Assembly (NCBI GenBank): GCA_963805795.1
Contig: CAWDVG010000001.1
Span: 612,921-676,920, forward strand
From: an uncultured Gammaproteobacteria bacterium
Lineage (GTDB): Bacteria; Pseudomonadota; Gammaproteobacteria; UBA6186; Azoamicaceae
DNA length: 64,000 bases
Direction: 5' to 3'
A program made the translations under genes and the position numbers. Positions 49,748-58,403 of this stretch are shown piece after piece. The notes below the pieces were generated by a model. It saw only the letters and a program-made list of their open reading frames with translations. It was not told the DNA's origin and did no database searches. Positions within the stretch are counted from its first letter, which is position 1. Every line of letters starts with the position of its first letter.

Positions 49748-50830
49748 ATGTCTAATTCTGCCCATGCTGCTAGCACGGGCCTAGAAATGTCTTGAAATGG
49801 GTGCTGCTCGTATTCAAGTCGATGATAAAAAAATTATTAATTGCCGCGCTGATTTAAATCAATTGGTGCCATTTAAATATAAATGGGCTTGGGATAAATA
49901 TTTAAATGCTTGTGCTAATCATTGGATGCCCAATGAAATTAATATGCGTGCCGATATGGCATTATGGAAAAGATCCAAATGGCTTAACTGAAGATGAACG
50001 TATAATTATTAAACGTAATTTAGGCTTTTTCTCAACAGCAGATTCATTGGTGGCCAATAATTTAGTGTTGGCTGTTTATCGTCATATCACCAATCCAGAA
50101 TGCCGGCAATATTTATTACGTCAAGCTTTTGAAGAAGCCTTGCATACCCATGCTTATCAATATGTCATTGAAAGTCTTAGGCATGGATGAAGCGAAGTAT
50201 TTAATATGTATCGTGAAGTACCTGCGGTTGCTAAAAAAGCGGCTTGGGCATTAACTTACACTCAAAGTTTAGGCGATCCGAATTTCCATACCGGCACTCT
50301 TGAAAATGATCAACGTTTATTACGTGATTTGATTGCATTTTATGTCATTTTTGAAGGTATTTTCTTTTACGTTGGTTTTACGCAAATTCTTTCGATGGGC
50401 CGACGTAATAAAATGATCGGAACTTCCGAACAATTCCAATATATTTTACGTGATGAATCCATGCATATGAATTTTGGTATTGATGTGATCAATCAAATTA
50501 AAATTGAAAACCCACATTTTTGGACGCTGATTTCCAACAAGAAATCATTAACATGATTAAAGAAGGCGTGGAATTGGAATATCAATATGCAATAGATACC
50601 ATGCCGCGCGGTATTTTAGGTATTAAATGCAGAAATGTTTAAAGATTATTTACAATTCATTGCCAATCGTCGTTTTGCGCAAATTGGTTTGCCGGAGCAA
50701 TATCCTGGTGCAAAATCCTTTCCCATGGATGAGTGAAATGATGGATCTTAAAAAAGAGAAAAATTTCTTTGAAACTCGCGTCACCGAATATCAAACGGGT
50801 GGCAGTTTATCTTGGGACGATGAAAGTTAG
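49748..50830 (+). pseudogene. nrdB: Class Ia ribonucleotide reductase beta subunit, disrupted
   Basis: Iron-centre blocks are recognisable ([43 protein letters not shown]) along with the C-terminal tail. They are split over at least five ORF fragments. Confidence 0.85.
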
Positions 50831-50886
50831 ACGATCATACAGTTCTGGATATTGCAGAAATTTAATCTTAGTAACCTGAACTTACG

Positions 50887-52695
50887 ATGAAAGCAATTAA
50901 GACTTCGGTCTATGAAAACCCAGAAACTCAAATAGAACGGCGTCTGAATGTTTGGGACGCCGCTGTTTTTTTAATTCTTTTTGGCATTTTTATTAGCTTA
51001 AGCTGGGGCGCTAGTCAAATGGCAGCACCCTATAGCTTAGGTAAACCTCCAGAAATTTCTCTTGCGCCAGCAAACCTTCCAGGCTATGCCATTCATTCTG
51101 TCTTACGAATGTTAATTGCTTTGATTTGTTCTTTATTATTTACCTTTACCATAGCTCCCTTAGCCGCAAAAAATAAGCAAGCAGAAAAATTTATTTTACC
51201 TTTATTAGATATTTTGGAATCCGTGCCCATATTGGGATATTTATCCATTAGTATTGTCGCTTTTATTCAGTTGTTTCCCAATAGTTTATTAGGACCGCAA
51301 TTAGCAGCCATCTTTGTTATTTTTACCTCACAAGTTTGGAACATGACACTTAGCTTATATCAATCGCTTAAAACCGTACCCAGCGAATTGAAAGACACCG
51401 CAGCCGTTTTTCAATTAAATCCATGGCAAAAATTTTGGCGAGTCGAAGTTCCTTATGCCATGCCTAGCCTGGTATGGAATACCATGATTTCAATGTCAGC
51501 GGGTTGGTTTTTTGTGGTGGCCTCTGAAGCCATTTCAGTGGCCAAGCAAAATATTTTGTTACCGGGGATCGGATCTTACATTAGTGTGGCTATACGTGAA
51601 GCCAATTTAGATGCAGTTTTCTATGCTATTCTAGCCATGTTTTTGATTATTTTAGTCTACGATCAATTGTTGTTTCGCCCGCTATTATCTTGGATGGCTC
51701 GTTTTAAATCAGAACGTGAAGAAATAGAAGAAGCGCATTCTTGGTTTTATCGCTTATTAAATAAAGGACGTTTTTTTAAGGGCAAAGAGACATCACGGCG
51801 TTTATGGAGTGATTTCTGGATAAATCCGCCGTTTATTGGTATAAAATTCAAGAATAAAATAGATGGAATAAATTCTAAATCTAAATATGGAATTGCCAAG
51901 GGAATCAATGCCAAGCGGGGTGCCTTATCGATAAAATCTAGAGTGGTTTCCGATACCCTTATCTTTGCTTGGTACAGTGTATTATGGCTTGCGATTGCCA
52001 TCGCTTTGTTATTGCTTTTTCAATTTATTACAGAAAGTGTCGGAATATCCGAGATTTTACATGTTTGCTCCCTGGGCCTAGTAACCTTATTAAAAATCAT
52101 GATTTTAATTGTGCTCGCCTCAGTTCTTTGGATTCCAGTAGGTGTATGGATAGGTTTAAATCCCAGAATTCGGCAGTTTTCACAACCCTTTATTCAATTT
52201 TTAGCCGCTTTCCCCATTAACTTAGTTTATCCCATCGCTGTGACTTTGATCTTATATTATGATTTGAATATTGAAGTTTGGACGACGCCTTTAATGATTT
52301 TGGGTACACAATGGTATATTTTATTTAATGTGATTGCGGGAGCCGCTGCTATTCCTAAAGATTTACAATTGGCAGTTAAAAACTTTGGATTAGGTACTTT
52401 TCTGAAATGGAAACGTTTAATTTTACCTGCCATTTTTCCTTATTACGTGACAGGAGCTATGACAGCGGCCGCAGGTTGTTGGAATGTCAGTATCGTAAGC
52501 GAAGTATTATCTTGGGGAAATGAAAAATTAGTGGCAACCGGGCTTGGCAGTTATATCACCGAACATACCATCGCAGGGGATTTTCAAAGAATTGCTTTAG
52601 GCATTGGCATAATGTGTGCGTATGTGGTTCTCCTAAACCATCTGATTTGGCAAAAACTATATCATCTTGCTGCTAGTCGTTTTGCTTTGGCTTAA
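50887..52695 (+). CDS. ABC transporter, duplicated (fused) permease component
   Basis: 602 aa with two BPD-type transmembrane modules. It resembles nitrate/sulfonate/taurine-type permeases. No ATPase or binding-protein gene is adjacent. Confidence 0.7.
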   Translation: MKAIKTSVYENPETQIERRLNVWDAAVFLILFGIFISLSWGASQMAAPYSLGKPPEISLAPANLPGYAIHSVLRMLIALICSLLFTFTIAPLAAKNKQAEKFILPLLDILESVPILGYLSISIVAFIQLFPNSLLGPQLAAIFVIFTSQVWNMTLSLYQSLKTVPSELKDTAAVFQLNPWQKFWRVEVPYAMPSLVWNTMISMSAGWFFVVASEAISVAKQNILLPGIGSYISVAIREANLDAVFYAILAMFLIILVYDQLLFRPLLSWMARFKSEREEIEEAHSWFYRLLNKGRFFKGKETSRRLWSDFWINPPFIGIKFKNKIDGINSKSKYGIAKGINAKRGALSIKSRVVSDTLIFAWYSVLWLAIAIALLLLFQFITESVGISEILHVCSLGLVTLLKIMILIVLASVLWIPVGVWIGLNPRIRQFSQPFIQFLAAFPINLVYPIAVTLILYYDLNIEVWTTPLMILGTQWYILFNVIAGAAAIPKDLQLAVKNFGLGTFLKWKRLILPAIFPYYVTGAMTAAAGCWNVSIVSEVLSWGNEKLVATGLGSYITEHTIAGDFQRIALGIGIMCAYVVLLNHLIWQKLYHLAASRFALA

Positions 52696-52891
52696 TATAT
52701 CGTCACGGGTTAATATTCGTGATATTCCTCATGTTTCTAGTATTTATTTTATTACTATTCAGAATCTAATAAAAAGAGTTGACTTCAACAATTAAATTAT
52801 GCAAGGATGAAAACTAACAAGCATAGTATGCAAATCATTATTTATAAGTTAGTAAGTAATTCAACTTTTTAGATGATCTAGTGAGGTTTTT

Positions 52892-54187
52892 ATGTCCGCA
52901 GCGATTGATGAAATGCAAAAAATGCAAACTGAACTTTTTGATTCTCAAATCAAAGCAATGCAAAAAGCCATCCAGACCCATATTAATAACAAAGAGTATG
53001 GAAAAGCGGTATCATATTTGCAGAGTCAAATTCAAAAATCCAAGATATATGAAGAACAAGCTGCGTTGTATCGGGAAAAATCTGCGTTTGGTGCAGAAAT
53101 GAGTTCAGAACAATTTGAAGCATTTAGAGAACATCGTGTTCGAGAAGATGCTCATAAAACCAAAAAAGATAACTTTGAAAAAATGGCTCTTGATTTAGGC
53201 GAGCGTTTAACAAGTCTTAATCCAAAATGCGCTATTAAAGCTTACCAATTAATACAGTATATTGGCTATTATATGGAAGATATTCAAGAAGAGGTCGGAA
53301 TACCGAATGCAGCCTATGTTAAAGCACAAGCTGCAATTGCGAAAATTTATTCATGTTTTCTTGAAGAAGCTTCGATCAGTGTTGAAGAACATCATAAATG
53401 TGCAGCGGAAGTGTTAAGAGCAACTTACAATGCCGAAAAAGGAGTTGGACAAGAATATAGTGGAAATAATTCACAATTTTTTTCTAAGTATATTCCAGTG
53501 CTCAGCCAATATTGGGGATTAGAGGTGGCTTTTCCATCTGAAGCCATGACGGAATTGGCAAACAAAAGCGATGCTGTTCAAAAGGTATTTATATCCAAAA
53601 TATATGTAAATATTATGGAAGCCATTCGAAATAGCTTTGATTCATTAAGTAAAGGCAGCTTTGAAAAAACTATGATTGACGAAATTCAGACTATATTTTT
53701 ATCGATGGCGTATGCAAAAACTGTAAAAGAACACGATGGACATAAAATTGCATTGTTGGATTTGTTAAAAAGCAGTTTGGTTCCCAAAATTGGATGGGTC
53801 GATTCATTAAAAAGTTATATCAGTCCTAAATTAAATGCATCAACACCCAGTATAGCAGCAGATATTTTTTCAGATTTTGATCGTTCTGGTGTAACCGGAG
53901 ACTTTTTAAGTCTGACATTACCGCTTTATTTGGGAGATTATTTATGGAAACTAAAACATAAAACAAAGGCTGTTGCCAAAAATTCAGGAACTTCAACAAC
54001 TTCAGGAGCCCCAGCTGCTTCCACATCAGCACTCGCTTCACAATCTGGAGCATCTGCTAGTGCTGCTGCAGGCACTGCCATTGTAACGGCTTATACAGCC
54101 AGTGCGTCCAATAATGTTGTCCTACCTCCAAATCCACCCATCACAGCGGCAGTCGCTGTAGCCTCAAAAAGATTGAAAGGTGATTAG
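52892..54187 (+). CDS. Hypothetical protein with Ala/Ser/Thr-rich C-terminal tail
   Basis: 431-codon ORF, predicted helical, with no signal peptide and no recognisable domain. The C-terminal roughly 70 aa are low complexity (SGTSTTSGAPAASTSALASQSGASASAAAGTA...LPPNPPITAAVAVAS). Confidence 0.6.
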   Translation: MSAAIDEMQKMQTELFDSQIKAMQKAIQTHINNKEYGKAVSYLQSQIQKSKIYEEQAALYREKSAFGAEMSSEQFEAFREHRVREDAHKTKKDNFEKMALDLGERLTSLNPKCAIKAYQLIQYIGYYMEDIQEEVGIPNAAYVKAQAAIAKIYSCFLEEASISVEEHHKCAAEVLRATYNAEKGVGQEYSGNNSQFFSKYIPVLSQYWGLEVAFPSEAMTELANKSDAVQKVFISKIYVNIMEAIRNSFDSLSKGSFEKTMIDEIQTIFLSMAYAKTVKEHDGHKIALLDLLKSSLVPKIGWVDSLKSYISPKLNASTPSIAADIFSDFDRSGVTGDFLSLTLPLYLGDYLWKLKHKTKAVAKNSGTSTTSGAPAASTSALASQSGASASAAAGTAIVTAYTASASNNVVLPPNPPITAAVAVASKRLKGD

Positions 54188-54422
54188 GGGGCCATGTCGT
54201 TACCTGTTACATGTTTCTTGAAACGATATATACCTATTACACAAGCACTAGTGTTAAATACAGCATATGCTATATTTAATCTGTTACACTATATCTCTTT
54301 CATAGTGCCCTCGTCGCTGTGTGAATTTACACATTTATCAGTAAAAAGCACATCTAGAACTATTTTTAACAGTAAAAGTCAAATAAATAATGTAAATTTA
54401 ATAAAATCATAGAGATATTATT

Positions 54423-57400
54423 ATGAATGAAGATATTAAAATAATGAATGATCTTAACATTCTTAAAAAATTCATTGTTGAAGGGAATTATAAAAAAGTT
54501 AAAGAATTAATGGATATTTTTCCTGAAAAAGATAAAGGTTTGCTCAGAGAATTAATAAAAAAATATGATGCTGAGGGAGATTTTATTGAGAATTGCTTAT
54601 ATACACATAATTTTACCCTGGCAAAATTATTAAAAGAGCAAGGTGCGAGCGAAAAAATTGCTTTAGAGGTTTTTTTGTATTATGCCATTGTCGACGTTGA
54701 CGAACACTTAAGTTGTTTGAAATTTATTATAGAAGAGTTAACATCAGATCTTACTTTTAAAGATCGAAGTAATAGATCTATAGTGAGTTATTGTTATGAT
54801 GAAAAAACCCCGCAACAAATAAGAGATCTAATTAAAAATAATTTTGCTAAGCAAGTTAAGGCCTGGTCTGAAAAAGAGCTTTCTATGTTTTTGGAAACGG
54901 CCAAAACCTCTCATGATTTATCTGGACTAGATGTTGTTATGTTTGTTCAAGGCAAAACAAGTAAAGTTTTGAACGAATTCATTAAAGAAATAAAAAACAA
55001 GCCAGAATATTTTTTTAACTATGTAGAAAAACATCCGGAGTTAATATCGCCCGAATGGCTGAAATTTTTAGAAGCAGAAATTTTTAATAACATCACTTTT
55101 GATGAAATAGTCACTTGGTTGCATATGAGTGATAATCCCAATCCTCTGATTTTTGAACTTTCAAAAATACCTCGTATTAAAGATAAGGTGATGGCGGGGG
55201 ATTTTACTAAAAAAATACAAACCATGGCAATTCTTAAAATAATAGCAAAAGACTCTAAAAAAATTACTAAAGAACATTATAATATGCCGATTCTTAAAAT
55301 AATAGCGATGGATCCAGATAACTTTCCCAATGAGTTTAATCAACACATAATAAAACATATTTCTGAAAAAGAATTAAATGAATATATAAATGGGGTCATG
55401 GAAGTATTAGATACAACTCTCGTTATTAATTTAATTTTAAATAGAAAATATGAAATGTTGCCGCTACTTAATAGAAGAAAAGAATTAAATGTGAATGAAA
55501 TAGATATTTTCGGAAATTTACCAATTTTGATGGCAATAACTCAAAGTACATTTCCCGCACTCAAAATGCTTTTAGATCCACCTTTTTATGCAGATCCTAA
55601 CAAGCCCGATGGTAGAGGAAATTTAGCTTTAATAGAAGCTATTCGTTTAAATAAATTTGATTATGTGAAAAAATTATTAGAAATGGGGGCGGATACATTG
55701 AAAGTGGATCGTAGCGGTATATCACCCAGACAAGCAGCAAAGCAATATGCAGCGAAACATAAATCTACTAAAATTATGCTGCTGGTTGAAGAATATAGTC
55801 AAAGAGCGTTGCTAAAATCTTTGGAGGACTTGCTTAAAAAAGGTAGTTTATCCGAAGCAAAAAAAGTGATTCGAGAATATTTACGAGAATCACCCCTACC
55901 AGAGAAACCAGTGCCGGAAAAAAGAGATTGGAAAGGCAATGAGGAGCAATATAAATTACTCGAAGCCATAGCTAAAGAAATGCTAGAAGAAGATGAGAAG
56001 CGAATATCAGTAGTGGTTAAAAATATACAAGAAATACTAGGAAAAGAATACCTAAAAAACCTAGACGATATACCAAAGCAGCGCATCGTTGAAATAAATG
56101 ATTCTATAAAAAAATTGTTCTTGCCTAGTGCCGATCTAAACGACTTCATTAAAATAGAAAAGTATTTGGTCAAACATAAAATAAATCAGGTGGTGAAAGA
56201 TTTGCTTTCTGACTTCAAAAAAGATATTATTTATGGTAATGCTTATGATATTTTGCTTAAAACTTGGCATGATGATCCTAGTAAAACAGTTAGGGATTTT
56301 TTAATTAAACAAGATTGTTTAACTGATGATTATTTTTTATCTTTTTTTAAAAAAGCAAAGGATGCTCGCTTTCTACCCCTATTTGCAAGTGTATTTTATG
56401 GTGCGGATTGGACCTCTAAAATATACAAAATTTTTAAGGATAAACCCAATGTTTTGTTTGATAAAAAAGTGGATTTTGAAACGAAAAGTAAATTTCATGA
56501 TAAGTCCATCTTTCATTGCGCAATTGCAGATGGTGACCTAAATTTCGTAAAATCCTTTTTTGATAGAATGGATGATAAAGCTAAAATTTTATTTTTTACT
56601 AAACAACATACCCCTTGCCCAGTTGCTGATGCAGTGCGATCAAATAAACCAGAAATCTTGGAATTTTTCTTAAAAAATGGTGCAAATCCCTATTATGGCT
56701 GTGATGGTGCTGCTACGAAAACTTTACTAGAGTTAGCAGGAGACAATGTGGCTTTAATAAATCCCATTAAAGAAGCCATACGGAATTATACCAAAAAAGA
56801 AGTGGATAATAAAGTAAAAAAGGAGGGCGGCAATAAGGTTGTGAATGAGAGACAAACAGAGTTAGGAAAGCGTGTTTCTCATATATTGGGTTTAGGTAAA
56901 ATTAAATTAAAAAGAAATACTCAACAAGAACATGAATTAAGCTATCAAGGTTCCTTTAGCAAAAATGCTATCCCTTGGGTTATGCATGCTTTGGAAAAAT
57001 ACAACGAAAATGTAACCGAGACTATTTTTATGAAGATTGAATCGGCATTTAAATTGGCACAGGATGTTTTGGTCGATAATAAGAAATATACACAAGATGT
57101 TATTAAGGATTACCAGGCGGGGAACTTAATTGTTTTGCCTACTCAGTGGGTAGGTCATGCCACTTGTGTTGTTTTAAAAAAGGTGGGTACAGATACGCTT
57201 TTATCTTTTACCAATAGAGGTTTGGGCGGTGATCAAGCTTTTGGAACAAAAGTTTACAAGGTTAAAGCAGGCGCTGATATTAATCATTTCATAAAAAAAA
57301 TGTTAATTGATGTTTGCTCAATAGATGGCAGGCTACTCAAACCAGAAGAAACCAGACAATTTCTTGAATCTAGTTTAGAGTCGGTTGTCGATAGGGATAA

Positions 57401-58028
57401 TCCCTTGGATAAATTGCCCCAAAAAGGACAGAAATGGGGAACCTGCGGGGTCGCCAATCGTAAGGGGGCTATACTCGGAGCAATTTATTTACTCGAATAT
57501 GAAAAAATGCTCCTAGGAAATGATGAACTGTTAAAATCCAACCCGCTCTCGAAAGATATCAAGCAAAATGACGAACTTGATAAATTAAAGGAAAAATGTA
57601 AAGCCAATTCTAAATTGGCATACAAAAATTTTACAAATTTTATTCGCAATGAAGAGTTAGATAGATTAATCGAGGAAATAGAACATGCCAAAGTGGGTGG
57701 TGAAATCGATCTGAGTTTTTATTATGATATATTAGTGAATATCGTTTTAGAACATAAAGAATTTGACAAAAAAAATAATAATCAAGGCAAAAGAATATTA
57801 CAAATTTGGGATAAGCTTCCTGCAGAATATCAGGCACAGATTCGCGAACAAATAAAAGATTTTGATGATCTCAAAGATGCTTTTATCAAAAAAATGGGAT
57901 TTCTCCCCCATTATCAAAAAACAGTCACTGATAAAGTGGCGTCAGAAACGGCTTTAGCAGCACAAGCTAAAGACGCTATTCAAGCTAAAGGTGATAATTC
58001 GGTAGGACCTACTAAAAATTCCATTTAA
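54423..58028 (+). CDS. Large ankyrin-repeat protein with an uncharacterised C-terminal domain
   Basis: 1201-codon ORF. ANK repeats are clear (GNLPILMAITQ...GRGNLALIEAIRLNKFDYVKKLLEMGADTL; CAIADGDLNFVKSFF; DAVRSNKPEILEFFLKNGANP). The C-terminal region contains WVGHATCVVL and ...PQKGQKWGTCGVAN. Confidence 0.8.
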   Translation: MNEDIKIMNDLNILKKFIVEGNYKKVKELMDIFPEKDKGLLRELIKKYDAEGDFIENCLYTHNFTLAKLLKEQGASEKIALEVFLYYAIVDVDEHLSCLKFIIEELTSDLTFKDRSNRSIVSYCYDEKTPQQIRDLIKNNFAKQVKAWSEKELSMFLETAKTSHDLSGLDVVMFVQGKTSKVLNEFIKEIKNKPEYFFNYVEKHPELISPEWLKFLEAEIFNNITFDEIVTWLHMSDNPNPLIFELSKIPRIKDKVMAGDFTKKIQTMAILKIIAKDSKKITKEHYNMPILKIIAMDPDNFPNEFNQHIIKHISEKELNEYINGVMEVLDTTLVINLILNRKYEMLPLLNRRKELNVNEIDIFGNLPILMAITQSTFPALKMLLDPPFYADPNKPDGRGNLALIEAIRLNKFDYVKKLLEMGADTLKVDRSGISPRQAAKQYAAKHKSTKIMLLVEEYSQRALLKSLEDLLKKGSLSEAKKVIREYLRESPLPEKPVPEKRDWKGNEEQYKLLEAIAKEMLEEDEKRISVVVKNIQEILGKEYLKNLDDIPKQRIVEINDSIKKLFLPSADLNDFIKIEKYLVKHKINQVVKDLLSDFKKDIIYGNAYDILLKTWHDDPSKTVRDFLIKQDCLTDDYFLSFFKKAKDARFLPLFASVFYGADWTSKIYKIFKDKPNVLFDKKVDFETKSKFHDKSIFHCAIADGDLNFVKSFFDRMDDKAKILFFTKQHTPCPVADAVRSNKPEILEFFLKNGANPYYGCDGAATKTLLELAGDNVALINPIKEAIRNYTKKEVDNKVKKEGGNKVVNERQTELGKRVSHILGLGKIKLKRNTQQEHELSYQGSFSKNAIPWVMHALEKYNENVTETIFMKIESAFKLAQDVLVDNKKYTQDVIKDYQAGNLIVLPTQWVGHATCVVLKKVGTDTLLSFTNRGLGGDQAFGTKVYKVKAGADINHFIKKMLIDVCSIDGRLLKPEETRQFLESSLESVVDRDNPLDKLPQKGQKWGTCGVANRKGAILGAIYLLEYEKMLLGNDELLKSNPLSKDIKQNDELDKLKEKCKANSKLAYKNFTNFIRNEELDRLIEEIEHAKVGGEIDLSFYYDILVNIVLEHKEFDKKNNNQGKRILQIWDKLPAEYQAQIREQIKDFDDLKDAFIKKMGFLPHYQKTVTDKVASETALAAQAKDAIQAKGDNSVGPTKNSI

Positions 58029-58049
58029 AAGGATTCAGGGGCCATGTCG

Positions 58050-58283
58050 TTAAAGATGGTGGGTAATTGCCGTTGGGTTATATTCGCATATCCATATGAG
58101 TATTTTGGCATACATCCAAAACAGCTTAATTCTTTCAGCTTTTATATCTGAATTATCTTTCAACATCATGTTCATCGAAGAAATATTCAGGTTGTCTTGC
58201 GTGTGCTCACTAACATAACCATCTGGGAACATCTGCTCAACATTACTTTTTTGATGCGCATAATGCTCATCTCTCTCAAACAT
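58050..58283 (-). CDS. Doubtful small ORF (77 aa)
   Basis: Only an ORF in the track, in an AT-rich spacer, with no family recognised. Confidence 0.2.
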   Translation of the reverse strand: MFERDEHYAHQKSNVEQMFPDGYVSEHTQDNLNISSMNMMLKDNSDIKAERIKLFWMYAKILIWICEYNPTAITHHL

Positions 58284-58403
58284 AATTTTTCCTTACTGAG
58301 TTAAATGTGCTCTTAAAAACATACAAATGAATGCTGAGTTGAAAAAAATATATAACAGTTTTAACTCAACATCCTTTGTACGCAATTTGTTCTGACAAGC
58401 ATG

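Noticed and set aside
54188-54202. The exact 15-mer ggggccatgtcgtta occurs just after the stop codons of two successive large genes (also at 58038-58052), suggesting a conserved downstream element or a coupled small ORF starting MSL.
   Set aside because: A few chance 15-mer matches are expected in a 64-kb AT-rich window. Similarity stops immediately after the 15-mer, and the downstream ORFs (72 and 35 codons) are unrelated. It is kept only as a note.
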